Assembly (NCBI GenBank): GCA_963784665.1
Contig: CAWASA010000017.1
Span: 61,114 to 125,113, forward strand
DNA: 64,000 bases
Direction: 5' to 3'
From: an uncultured Actinomycetota bacterium
GTDB taxonomy: Bacteria > Actinomycetota > Actinomycetes > Mycobacteriales > Mycobacteriaceae
In this document: one piece after another, positions 30,000-38,933 of the stretch
Layout: each line of letters opens with the position of its first letter
How positions within the stretch are numbered: the stretch's first letter is position 1
Made by a program: the position numbers and the translations under genes
The notes under the pieces: model-generated
What the model was told of the DNA's origin: nothing
The model's input: the letters and a program-made list of their open reading frames with translations, nothing else
Databases searched by the model: none

Positions 30000-31193
30000 A
30001 TGACGCATTTCGAAAAGGACGCGATCGTGTCCGGCATCGGCATCTCGCGAATCGGCCGTCGTACCGGCATTCCGGGCCTGGAGCTGACCATGGAGGCGGT
30101 GCGGGCCGCCATCGACGACGCCGGCCTCGTCGCGGCCGACATCGACGGCATCGCGACGCTGGGCGACACTCCGGCCCAAGACGTCACCGCCGAACTGCGG
30201 ATCGACGCGGCGGACTGCGGATCCGGGTTCGGCACCGGTGGCTTGCTCAGTCCGGTGATGTCGGCATGTCGTGCGGTCGCCGAGCATCGTGCCCGCCATG
30301 TGGTGGTGTACCGGACGATACAAATGCTCGGTGGCACGGTCCCGGTAAAGCCGCAAGAGAACACGCCCGCTCCACCGCTTGCGCGGATGTTTGAGACGCC
30401 GGCGGGGGCACCACGGCCCGCTGTCGGCGCGATGGACGATGTCAACGACCTGGTTATGGCCCATGCTTACTCCGCTGCGAACTGGCTGGCGCTGAACTGC
30501 CGTCGTCACATGGAGCTGTATGGAACCACCAAAGAACAGCTGGGCTGGGTGGCCCTCAACGGCAGGCGTAACGCCGCGTTGAATCCCCTTGCCGTTTACC
30601 GCGACCCGATGTCGATGGCCGACTACCTGGGGGCGCGCCCGGTATCCACACCATTCGGGCTGCTGGACTGCGATGTCCCGATCGACGGCTCGATCGCGGT
30701 GGTGGTGTCGCACGCGGAGTACGCCGGCGACTGCCCCCACCGCGCGGTGGCGGTGGAGGCGATCGGCGGTTCCGACGGTGCCGGTGGCTGGTTCCACCGC
30801 GAGGACTACCCGAAGATGGCGATGTCAGATGCCGCGGCGCAGATGTGGTCGCGGACGGACTTGAATCCCGCCGACCTCGATGTCGCCGAGTTGTACGACG
30901 GATTCACGTTTCTCACCATTGCGTGGCTGGAAGCCCTTGGGGTCTGCGGCGACGGCCAGGCCGGACCTTACGTCGAGGGCGGTGTGCGGATCGCCCGCGA
31001 CGGCGAACTGCCGCTGAACACCTACGGCGGCCAACTCTCGGCCGGGCGCATGCACGGCTACTGGGCTCTCCACGAAGGGTGCTTGCAGTTACGCGGCGAA
31101 GCGGGGGAGCGGCAGGTGTCACGGCGTCCAGAGGTCGGCGTCGTTTCCGTGGGGGGCGGGCCCGTCGCCGGTTGCATGTTGCTTACATGCTGA
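30000..31193 (+). CDS. Thiolase-fold protein (SCP2/Ltp2-like)
   Basis: LDCDVPIDG, ELYDGF, LNTYGGQLS..RMHG. Confidence 0.9.
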   Translation: MTHFEKDAIVSGIGISRIGRRTGIPGLELTMEAVRAAIDDAGLVAADIDGIATLGDTPAQDVTAELRIDAADCGSGFGTGGLLSPVMSACRAVAEHRARHVVVYRTIQMLGGTVPVKPQENTPAPPLARMFETPAGAPRPAVGAMDDVNDLVMAHAYSAANWLALNCRRHMELYGTTKEQLGWVALNGRRNAALNPLAVYRDPMSMADYLGARPVSTPFGLLDCDVPIDGSIAVVVSHAEYAGDCPHRAVAVEAIGGSDGAGGWFHREDYPKMAMSDAAAQMWSRTDLNPADLDVAELYDGFTFLTIAWLEALGVCGDGQAGPYVEGGVRIARDGELPLNTYGGQLSAGRMHGYWALHEGCLQLRGEAGERQVSRRPEVGVVSVGGGPVAGCMLLTC

Positions 31194-31226
31194 AAACTTC
31201 CGTGGAAGAGCGTCATTGAGCCTCAA

Positions 31227-32687
31227 ATGAGTACGGAGCCGGAAACCGGGGGAGCGAACAAACTCGCTTCGAAGATCGCTGGGGAGATCGAGGCGGATAT
31301 CGTTCGTCGCGGCTGGGCCACCGGCGAATCGCTGGGTTCCGAACACGCTCTGCAACAACGCTTTCGGGTGAGTCGGTCGGTGCTGCGGGAGGCCGTTCGC
31401 CTGGTCGAACACCACCAAGTTGCCCGGATGCGCCGCGGACCGGGCGGCGGGCTGCTCATCTGCGAGCCCGATGCGGGCCCCGCCACCCGGGCCGTCGTCA
31501 TCTATCTCGAATACCTGGGCACCACGCTGGGCGACTTGCTCAACGCGCGCCTGGTGCTCGAGCCCTTGGCGGCCTCTCTTGCCGCGGAACGGATCGACGA
31601 AGCCGGTATCGCGCGGCTGCGGGCGGTGTTGCGCGCCGAAGAGCAGTGGAAGCCGGGTTTACCGGCCCCGCGGGACGAGTTCCACATTGCGTTAGCGGAG
31701 CAATCCAAAAATCCAGTCTTGCAACTATTCATCGACATCTTGATGCGGCTCACGACGCGATACGCCGTACGGTCGCGGACAGACTCGGCACGTGAGGCAA
31801 TCGAGGCGGTCGACCAGATGCACAGCGACCACTCCGAGATCGTCACAGCCGTCACTGCCGGCGATTCAGCGCGGGCCAAGACGCTCAGCGAACGACACGT
31901 GGAGGCGGTGACCGCCTGGCTGCAGCAGCATCACCCCGGCAACGGGAATAGGGCCCGGGGGCCGCGCCGGCTGCGAAGGCTCAACCTTGAAGCCCCCCGG
32001 GGCAAACTCGCGGAGATGCTGGCGGCCACCATCGCCGACGATATCGCCGCCAGTGGCTGGCAGGTCGGTTCGGTCTTCGGGACGGAGACGGCGTTGCTGA
32101 AGCGGTACCGGGTGAGCCGCGCGGTGTTTCGTGAAGCGGTGCGGCTGCTGGAATATCACTCGATTGCGCACATGCGCCGCGGGCCCGGCGGCGGGCTCGT
32201 CATCGCCGAACCCCGGGCCCAGGCCAGCATTGACACCATCGCCTTGTACCTGCAGTACCGCGACCCGACTCGCGAAGACTTGCGCTGCGTCCGAGACGCT
32301 ATCGAGATCGACAATGCCGCCAAAGTCGTCAAGCGGCGCAGCGAATCTGAGGTGGCGGCCTTCCTTGCCCACCGGTCCGCGTTCGAGGAAACAGCTCAGG
32401 AAACCGCCGGCGATGTGCGCAAGGCCGCTGTCGAGGAATTTCGGTTCCACGTCGGGCTGGCGCAATTGGCCGGCAACACGCTGCTGGACCTGTTCCTCCG
32501 GATCATCGTCGAGTTGTTCCGCCGGCACTGGTCCAGCACCGAGCAGGCGCTGCCGACCTGGGCGGACGTCGTGGCCGTTGACCACGCCCACCTGCGGATC
32601 CTGGAGGCGATTGAGGCCGGCGACGACAGCCTGGCCCGCTATCGCATCCGTCGTCATCTGGACGCTGCCGCCTCGTGGTGGCTCTAG
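31227..32687 (+). CDS. Tandem GntR/FadR regulator (Rv3060c ortholog)
   Basis: Two HTH+FCD modules, each with VSRxVxREAVRLxE...MRRGPGGGL. Confidence 0.92.
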   Translation: MSTEPETGGANKLASKIAGEIEADIVRRGWATGESLGSEHALQQRFRVSRSVLREAVRLVEHHQVARMRRGPGGGLLICEPDAGPATRAVVIYLEYLGTTLGDLLNARLVLEPLAASLAAERIDEAGIARLRAVLRAEEQWKPGLPAPRDEFHIALAEQSKNPVLQLFIDILMRLTTRYAVRSRTDSAREAIEAVDQMHSDHSEIVTAVTAGDSARAKTLSERHVEAVTAWLQQHHPGNGNRARGPRRLRRLNLEAPRGKLAEMLAATIADDIAASGWQVGSVFGTETALLKRYRVSRAVFREAVRLLEYHSIAHMRRGPGGGLVIAEPRAQASIDTIALYLQYRDPTREDLRCVRDAIEIDNAAKVVKRRSESEVAAFLAHRSAFEETAQETAGDVRKAAVEEFRFHVGLAQLAGNTLLDLFLRIIVELFRRHWSSTEQALPTWADVVAVDHAHLRILEAIEAGDDSLARYRIRRHLDAAASWWL

Positions 32688-32734
32688 CAGCCGAGTATGC
32701 CTGCGTGCGGTCATCGGGATGTGATCTGTCGCGC

Positions 32735-32761
32735 GGTATAGCGAAGGCCCGTCTGGGGTAT
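32735..32761 (+). promoter_or_regulatory. SigF-type promoter
   Basis: GGTAT-N16-GGGTAT fits the mycobacterial SigF consensus GGWWT-N16/17-GGGTAY. Confidence 0.6.
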
Positions 32762-32831
32762 GGGGATGGGGAAAGTATTCGGCTGGTCCAGCAGGTGGTT
32801 GGCATTAGTGATTGAGAGCGAGAGCGTTGAA

Positions 32832-33800
32832 ATGACCGCGGGCGCCGAAGACGAGGAGCCCGGGTTCGTTCATTCCGCACTTATTTACCACTCCCAGCAG
32901 GAGTATCTGGACTTCGTGGCCCGCTTCGTGGTCGACGGTTTGGCCATGGACGAGGCGGTGCTGGTCGCGGTCCCTAGCGACAAGCTGGCGTTGCTGCATG
33001 ACGCGTTGTACGCGGGCGGCGGGCTGCCGGCCGGATTACAGATGGCCGATATCACCGAGGTCGCCCGCAACCCCGGCCGGTTCATGGCGATGGAGGGGTC
33101 GTTCGCCGACGAACACCCCGATCGACGGGTGCGGATTGTCAGCCAACTCGCTTGGCCGGGCCGCACCGAGGAAGAGATTGTCGCCTGTGTAGAACACGAG
33201 GCGCTGGTCAACGAAGCCCTGGAAGGCCGCCACGCGACGGGGTTATGCCTCTACGATGCGAGCCGGCTGGACGACGATGTTCTGGCGGACGCGCGCGCGA
33301 CGCACCCGCTGCTGTGGAGACGCGGTTCGCTACACTACAGCGCCGACTACGCGCCGGATGACGTCCTGGAGCGCTGCAACCAACCGCTGCCCGCGAATCC
33401 GGGGGCGGTCACCTACATGGTCAGGAAGTCGGCAGACCTTCGGCTCGCCCGGTCTTTTGCGAACAACTACGCCGATTGGGTGGGACTGTCCCAGGACAGC
33501 ATTGAGGATCTGCAATTGATCGCCACCGAGCTGGCCACCAACAGCTTGATGTACACCGACGGCGCCTGCCGGCTGGCCTTCTGGCGGGACGACGAGCATC
33601 TGGTCTGCGAGGCCCGCGACACCGGACGGTTCGATGACCCGCTGGTGGGACGCCTAAACCCTGGCCCCGACGGCCCCGCCAGTCGCGGCCTGTTTTTGGT
33701 CAACGCCCTATCGGACTTGGTGCGAACCCACGCCACGACCGCCGGTACGACGATTCAGGCATATCTTCGGTTCGACCCGTCGCCCGGGCCGACCGGATGA
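32832..33800 (+). CDS. MEDS sensor domain fused to an RsbW-like HATPase (anti-sigma factor)
   Basis: FVHSALIY...ARNPGR...HEALVN...CLYD...THP; C-terminal IATELATNS...DTG...GLFLVN. Confidence 0.88.
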   Translation: MTAGAEDEEPGFVHSALIYHSQQEYLDFVARFVVDGLAMDEAVLVAVPSDKLALLHDALYAGGGLPAGLQMADITEVARNPGRFMAMEGSFADEHPDRRVRIVSQLAWPGRTEEEIVACVEHEALVNEALEGRHATGLCLYDASRLDDDVLADARATHPLLWRRGSLHYSADYAPDDVLERCNQPLPANPGAVTYMVRKSADLRLARSFANNYADWVGLSQDSIEDLQLIATELATNSLMYTDGACRLAFWRDDEHLVCEARDTGRFDDPLVGRLNPGPDGPASRGLFLVNALSDLVRTHATTAGTTIQAYLRFDPSPGPTG

Positions 33801-33804
33801 AGCG

Positions 33805-33858
33805 CAAGCAACCCCTGGGGAACCGACCCCCGCGCAGCGGTCCCCGGCGGGTCGCTTG
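33805..33858. terminator. GC hairpin between convergent genes
   Basis: CAAGCAACCC-CTGGGGA ... TCCCCGG-C-GGGTCGCTTG. Confidence 0.45.
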
Positions 33859-33868
33859 TCGTAATCGG

Positions 33869-34030
33869 TTAGTCGACGGTGGGCGGCACCACGACCGTGT
33901 CGGGCGATCCCGGAGCTGGCTGGCCACTTGCGGGCTGCGTGTCTGACGAACATCCCATGGGTATCAATACCGCTATCAGCCCCGCGCCCAGTGCGGCGGC
34001 TTTCAGCGTCTTCTTGCTCTTCGCGTTCAT
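33869..34030 (-). CDS. Small secreted lipoprotein/lipopeptide precursor (53 aa)
   Basis: MNAKSKKTLK (n-region), AAALGAGLIAVLI (h-region), PMG-C-SS; SD GAAAGGGA 5 nt before ATG. Confidence 0.7.
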   Translation of the reverse strand: MNAKSKKTLKAAALGAGLIAVLIPMGCSSDTQPASGQPAPGSPDTVVVPPTVD

Positions 34031-34652
34031 GATCATCCCTTTCTGCGGGTGCATAGCCCGTTATTGCACTCCCGCCAGTAGGGATGTTATCGCCATCACC
34101 CGGCACCGCGAACCGTTTCTGATTATTGAGCAGCAATTTTTGACCGGCCCGATTGCGCCCGTTTTCGTTATTCATCAGCGCGTAGGCGGGCACCCCACCG
34201 CACGCGCGCGGCGTCTGATCGATCGCGGCCATTACCAACGCCGCCATCTTGTTTAGCTGCCGCACCACCACCCGGAACCGGCGGCACGACTGCCACGCGC
34301 AAAGCAACTGCGTGCCAACACTATTCACATCGGACCGGTTGCCCGGATCGCCGAGCCCCCAGAAACGCCAACGCGGGCCCGGGGTCGTTATGACCCGGGC
34401 CTGCCTTTGCATTCCAATGAGTCGTCGGTGAATTGCCCAGTGTAAGAACTGCTCTCGAATCTAAACCGAATGGGTGTTTAAGCAACTCTCCATCTTCGCC
34501 GCGATCACCAATCCCATTGGAGAAGCTTCCCGTGCCGACGCGTCGCTGTTGCGGCGTCGACGCTAGCGCCTACGCGAGTAGTCGATTAAGCGCTTTCGAG
34601 ACGTGGCAATGGCGTTGTTCCGCGCGGCCCTGACGCAGCTACGGTTACCGTC

Positions 34653-35669
34653 ATGTATCTGGGCGTCGTTCTGAACCCGCTCGCGCGCAAGAACCGTGCC
34701 GGCGCCGATGATCGTTGCGCTCGATTCCGCCACATCGTCGGCCCCTGGGGTGAGGTGCATGAGTCTCGGTCCCTCGACGATCTCGGCGAGATCGTGGCCC
34801 GGCTCCTGCCCCGGGCCAGCCATCTGGTCAGCGACGGCGGCGACGGCACACTGCACTGGTTGATCAACCAGGTTCGCGACCAGGTCGCCGATCCGCAACG
34901 CTGGCCGGCGTTCGTGCCTGCTCGCGCAGGCACTATCGATTTCGTGGCGCGTAAGGCGCGAGTGCGCGGACGAGCCGACTCGATCCTGAGCGCCCTCGCC
35001 GCCGCCGCGAAGTTAGATCAACCGCCGCCCGAAGTACAGCTCGACACTTTGCAAATCGACGGCCGATCGGTCGACGGAGCGCCGTTCCACCGCCTCGGTT
35101 TCGCGCTGGCGGCCGGCGGCATCGGTTGCCGCTTCTTCGATCAGTACTACGAAGCTCCGAATCCCGGCCGGGCCACCATCATCAAAATCATCGCACGCAC
35201 GATCGCTGACATGGCCGCCTCCGCAATGCGTCCAGGACGCGCGAGCCGGCCAGACCTGTTCCGACCGACATCCGCCACGGTGGTGATCGACGGCGAAGAG
35301 GTACCGACGCGCATGCACAACGCGTTGCATGCCGGCGCATTCGACCTGAACCTGGGCGGGGTGCTGCGGGTCTTCCCGCAGGCGCGCGAACCGGGCGTGC
35401 TGCAATTCCAAGCCGGTGAGATGTCGCCCGCGACGATCATTGCGCAGCTGCCCGCACTGGTCCTCGGTAGGCCCGTCCGAGGTGACCAGCTGCGCGACAC
35501 CGTCGGCCGGAAAATGACGATCACGGTCGAAAATACAGACGAGCCGTTGTCGCCGATCATCGACGGAGAGCGGTTCACTGGCCTGCACCAGCTCGTAGTC
35601 AGTCTCGGACCACGTGTGCGTATCGCGCGCCCGACTGGTCACGGGGCGCCGCGCAATTCCCGAACATGA
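34653..35669 (+). CDS. Diacylglycerol kinase-like (DgkB/YegS fold) lipid kinase
   Basis: VVLNP, GGDGTL, AGTIDFVA, C-terminal IIDGE. Confidence 0.82.
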   Translation: MYLGVVLNPLARKNRAGADDRCARFRHIVGPWGEVHESRSLDDLGEIVARLLPRASHLVSDGGDGTLHWLINQVRDQVADPQRWPAFVPARAGTIDFVARKARVRGRADSILSALAAAAKLDQPPPEVQLDTLQIDGRSVDGAPFHRLGFALAAGGIGCRFFDQYYEAPNPGRATIIKIIARTIADMAASAMRPGRASRPDLFRPTSATVVIDGEEVPTRMHNALHAGAFDLNLGGVLRVFPQAREPGVLQFQAGEMSPATIIAQLPALVLGRPVRGDQLRDTVGRKMTITVENTDEPLSPIIDGERFTGLHQLVVSLGPRVRIARPTGHGAPRNSRT

Positions 35670-35706
35670 TTGGGGTTTTGCGTTACCGTGAGGCCTGTAA
35701 TCGACT

Positions 35707-36528
35707 GTGTCAGCATCGGAGAATGGCCGACGTTCAGTTGAGACTAACTGTGATCGGGTTGACGTGATCACGCCGGAGTCAAAGCGCTCATCGCGCTGGT
35801 TAGGACGACGGTATCTGTTTCGCATTGGGCGAGTTCGTATTCCGAGCTTCGCGGCACTGCTGTACCTGGGCTTTTCGGTCGGGGTGGTGTTGGGCGGGTA
35901 CGAAACCGGGCTTGACTACCCGCGCTTCACGGCATCCGCGCTCATCCTCCTGGTAGCTGCGCTGATTGGTTCCCGCATCTGGTACCTGATCGGTCATCTG
36001 AAATTTCTTGCCGGCCGTACCGGTACCGTGCGCGTGCAAGATGCTGGTGCCGGACTCTACGGCGGCTTGGTGCTCAGCTTTGCGGTTTCTTGGCCGGTGC
36101 TGCGCCTCACGGGTTTGGAGTTCTGGCGATTCTGGGACGGTGCGGCCATACTTTTGCTGGTCGGGATGGCCGTCACGCGTATCGGTTGCCTGATGAACGG
36201 TTGTTGCTCCGGACGAGAAACCCATGGCCCCTTCGGGTTGTGGCTGCCTGACGACCGCGGCGAATGGAAGCGCCGCTATCCGACACAACTCTTTGAATCG
36301 GCTTGGTCGGCCACGATTCTGATCGTCGGAGTGCTGTTATACGAGCCATCCGATCGACCGGGCTTGTTGTTTCTCGGCTCGGCCGCAGCGTATGGAATTG
36401 GCCGGATCGGTCTGGAGCTGCTGCGCGCAGACGCCACGAGCACCGCGCTGCCGACACGTATCAATGTGGCGTTCTCAGGCATGCTGGCGGTGGTCTCAAT
36501 CGCTGCCTTTGTACTGAAATTGCGGTAA
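35707..36528 (+). CDS. Prolipoprotein diacylglyceryl transferase (Lgt) family paralog
   Basis: Multiple TM helices; GSRIWY, LYGGL, RIGCLMNGCCSG, YPTQLFES, YGIGRIGLELLR; start uncertain (alternative GTG at 35764). Confidence 0.85.
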   Translation: MSASENGRRSVETNCDRVDVITPESKRSSRWLGRRYLFRIGRVRIPSFAALLYLGFSVGVVLGGYETGLDYPRFTASALILLVAALIGSRIWYLIGHLKFLAGRTGTVRVQDAGAGLYGGLVLSFAVSWPVLRLTGLEFWRFWDGAAILLLVGMAVTRIGCLMNGCCSGRETHGPFGLWLPDDRGEWKRRYPTQLFESAWSATILIVGVLLYEPSDRPGLLFLGSAAAYGIGRIGLELLRADATSTALPTRINVAFSGMLAVVSIAAFVLKLR

Positions 36529-36570
36529 CGCCCGGACCCGACCGTTCACCGCGTCAAAGGTCAAAGGAAG

Positions 36571-36600
36571 TTGCACGACCGGCACATTGGCGTCTAATGT
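36571..36600 (+). promoter_or_regulatory. SigA-like promoter for a leaderless leader peptide
   Basis: TTGCAC-N18-TAATGT, 8 nt upstream of GTG 36609. Confidence 0.55.
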
Positions 36601-36608
36601 CGACGCTC

Positions 36609-36659
36609 GTGCGTCTTCTCGAGCGTGCCGTAGTAGCCAGCACCCGCAGCGGGGTCTGA
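36609..36659 (+). CDS. Leucine leader peptide MRLLERAVVASTRSGV
   Basis: Tandem Leu codons CTT CTC, complementary to the downstream SD; in-frame ATG at 36597 is an alternative start. Confidence 0.6.
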   Translation: MRLLERAVVASTRSGV

Positions 36660-36734
36660 TCCAGACCGACCCCCCGCTGTGGGTCGGAAGCTACTGCCTT
36701 CGGTCGCTCCTGCTGACTAGAGAAGACCGGCACA
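36609..36734 (+). ncRNA. LEU-element-type translational attenuator RNA
   Basis: 13-bp stem 36642-54/36672-84; AGTAGC/GCTACT; GTCTTCTC/GAGAAGAC; GTGCCG/CGGCAC; GACCGA/TCGGTC. Confidence 0.7.
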
Positions 36735-37250
36735 ATGACTCTTTCAATTCCGAAACTGGACTCGACGAGTGTCCCGGCGCGCCAATGCGTCGCCACCGCA
36801 TGGTTCGGCCACCACTTCGGCGCGGCATTGCCCCGCGGTCTGCGGGAGCAGGCTGACGAGCTGTCCTGGGAGAGCTTCGTCGCGACCTACGGTCACACTG
36901 CCGGTCCGCTGCGGCTAGGACACTGGGAGTGCATCGATACCGAGCGGCCCGCGGCGCGGCTTGGCCCACAAGCGCGGAACTTCCGGGCCGTGATCGCCGA
37001 CGGCGATCGCATCAGCACGTCGACCGCTGCCGCCAGCGGGCCGATCGCGGCCCTCACCGCGATGCTGCACGAGCGTGGGATCACGGTCGAGATCGCGAAG
37101 TTCCATCAGATGCGATCAGGCGGGTGCACCGCCACATTCATCTGCGGCAGCAACGGCACCCGCGCGGAGTGGGCGATGGGCTGGTCGGACGATCCGACGC
37201 AGTCGGCGTTGTGTGCGGTGATCGCATGCGCAAATCGGCTGCTCGACTGA
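36735..37250 (+). CDS. Stand-alone 2-isopropylmalate synthase C-terminal regulatory-domain protein
   Basis: SGPIAALTAML...VEIAKFHQ...TATFI...WAMG...QSALCAVIACANRL parallels the LeuA allosteric domain; no catalytic TIM barrel. Confidence 0.75.
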   Translation: MTLSIPKLDSTSVPARQCVATAWFGHHFGAALPRGLREQADELSWESFVATYGHTAGPLRLGHWECIDTERPAARLGPQARNFRAVIADGDRISTSTAAASGPIAALTAMLHERGITVEIAKFHQMRSGGCTATFICGSNGTRAEWAMGWSDDPTQSALCAVIACANRLLD

Positions 37251-37337
37251 CGCGCCGAAATCGACGGCAGCGCGAAAAAGTGTGGACCGATATCGCCAGC
37301 GTCGATTTCGGCGGATATGCGGGGCCACCGCACACGA

Positions 37338-38819
37338 TCAGAGCGGGCGCAGCACAATCGGCATGCCATCCTTCGGCACGGGCATGCCTCCGTAGTCCCA
37401 TACGGCCTTGTATCCCGGGCGGGGAAGTTCGAGCCGATATCTGCGCAACAGGCGGTGAAGGATGGTCTTGATCTCCAACTGCCCGAACACCATCCCGATG
37501 CACTTGTGCGCGCCGCCGCCGAACGGCGTGAACGCGTAGCGGTGCCGCTTGTGCTCGTTGCGTGGCTCGGTGAATCGCTCCGGGTCGAATTTCAGGGGGT
37601 CCGTCCACAATTCCGGCAGACGATGGTTCATCCCGGGATATGCGATGACGTTGGTGCCCTTAGGCACGTAGTAGCCCAGCAGATCGGTGTCGCGCACCGT
37701 TTGCCGCATTGCCCATTGGACGGGCGTGACCAGCCGGATCGACTCGTTCATCACCAGGTCGAGCGACTCCAGCTTCTCCAGCGATTCGATGTCGAGCGGC
37801 CCGTCTCCGAGCCGGTCCGATTCGTCGCGGCAGCGCTCCTGCCACTCCGGGTGGGCTGACAGGTGGTAGGCCATCGTCGTCGCGGTCGACGTCGAGGTGT
37901 CGTGCGCGGCCATCATCAGGAAAATCATGTGGTTGACGATGTCCTCGTCGGAGAACTTGTTACCGTCCTCGTCCTCGGTTTGACACAGCACCGACAGAAG
38001 GTCGTTGCCGTCCTTCCCGCGTTGTTCCTTGACTCGCTCGCGGAAGTAATTCTCCAGCAGTTCGCGGGCCTTCAGGCCCCGCCACCAGGTGAATGGGGGA
38101 ACGCTGGTGCGGATGATCGCGTTGCCTGCGCGCGTGGTGATAGCGAACGCATTGTTCACCTTAGTCACGAGCTCGCGGTCGGTGCCCGGCTCGTGGCCCA
38201 TGAACACCATCGATGCGATGTCGAGGGTCAGCTCCTTCATCGCCGGATAAAGAAGGAAGCGCCCATCGTTGACCACCCAGTCGCTGGCAACCACTTGCGA
38301 GACGACCTTGTCCATCTGCTCGACATAGCTGACCAACCGGGAACGGACGAAAGCCTCCTGCATGATCCGCCGGTGGAACATGTGCTCGTCGAAGTCGAGG
38401 AGCATCAGCCCGCGGTGAAAGAACGGCCCGATCACCGGAACCCAGCCCTGCTGCGAGTAGTCCTTGTTGCGGTTGGAGTAGATGACCTGCGCGGCGTCAG
38501 GGCCCAGCGCCGCGACGCCCGGCAGTACCGGCGAGTCCCCGAATACGACCGGCCCCTTGGTCTGGTAGAGGAACATCAGATAGTCCGGACCGCCGCGCAA
38601 CATCTCGATGATGTGCCCGATGACCGGCAGTCCAGCGTCGCCGAGGACCGGCTTGAGCCCGCTGCCCGGCGGCGGGTCGGCGAGTTTGTGCTCCGGGAAT
38701 TCGGTGTTCAGCAGCTTCCGTTCGACAAGACCCATGCCGGGGAAGTTATTGATCGACGGGGTGAGCCGGCGTCGCGCCTGGTCCAGCAGATAGTGCGGGG
38801 TGCTGATGGTGGCGGTCAT
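37338..38819 (-). CDS. cyp136: Cytochrome P450 136
   Basis: AAHDT, ESIR, FDPERF, FGGGAHKCIG; synteny with Rv3059. Confidence 0.94.
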   Translation of the reverse strand: MTATISTPHYLLDQARRRLTPSINNFPGMGLVERKLLNTEFPEHKLADPPPGSGLKPVLGDAGLPVIGHIIEMLRGGPDYLMFLYQTKGPVVFGDSPVLPGVAALGPDAAQVIYSNRNKDYSQQGWVPVIGPFFHRGLMLLDFDEHMFHRRIMQEAFVRSRLVSYVEQMDKVVSQVVASDWVVNDGRFLLYPAMKELTLDIASMVFMGHEPGTDRELVTKVNNAFAITTRAGNAIIRTSVPPFTWWRGLKARELLENYFRERVKEQRGKDGNDLLSVLCQTEDEDGNKFSDEDIVNHMIFLMMAAHDTSTSTATTMAYHLSAHPEWQERCRDESDRLGDGPLDIESLEKLESLDLVMNESIRLVTPVQWAMRQTVRDTDLLGYYVPKGTNVIAYPGMNHRLPELWTDPLKFDPERFTEPRNEHKRHRYAFTPFGGGAHKCIGMVFGQLEIKTILHRLLRRYRLELPRPGYKAVWDYGGMPVPKDGMPIVLRPL

Positions 38820-38879
38820 AGGCGCTCCTTTGCGAGCCCGGGACAGGTGACAGGGATCACTGATCAATACCTTCGAGAA

Positions 38880-38901
38880 AAACTTGACGCCTGTCAAGTT
38901 T
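38880..38901. promoter_or_regulatory. TetR operator palindrome
   Basis: AAACTTGAC-GCCT-GTCAAGTTT between divergent cyp136 and tetR. Confidence 0.75.
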
Positions 38902-38933
38902 GCTTTTTGGGCGGCGTGGTGCAAGGTCAGGGG

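Noticed and set aside
29936-30445. Extended 281-aa version of the DUF35 ORF
   Set aside because: The extension is antisense to the thiolase gene; a high-GC shadow
37863-38933. 568-aa ORF suggesting a TetR fusion
   Set aside because: The N-terminal part is the antisense frame of cyp136
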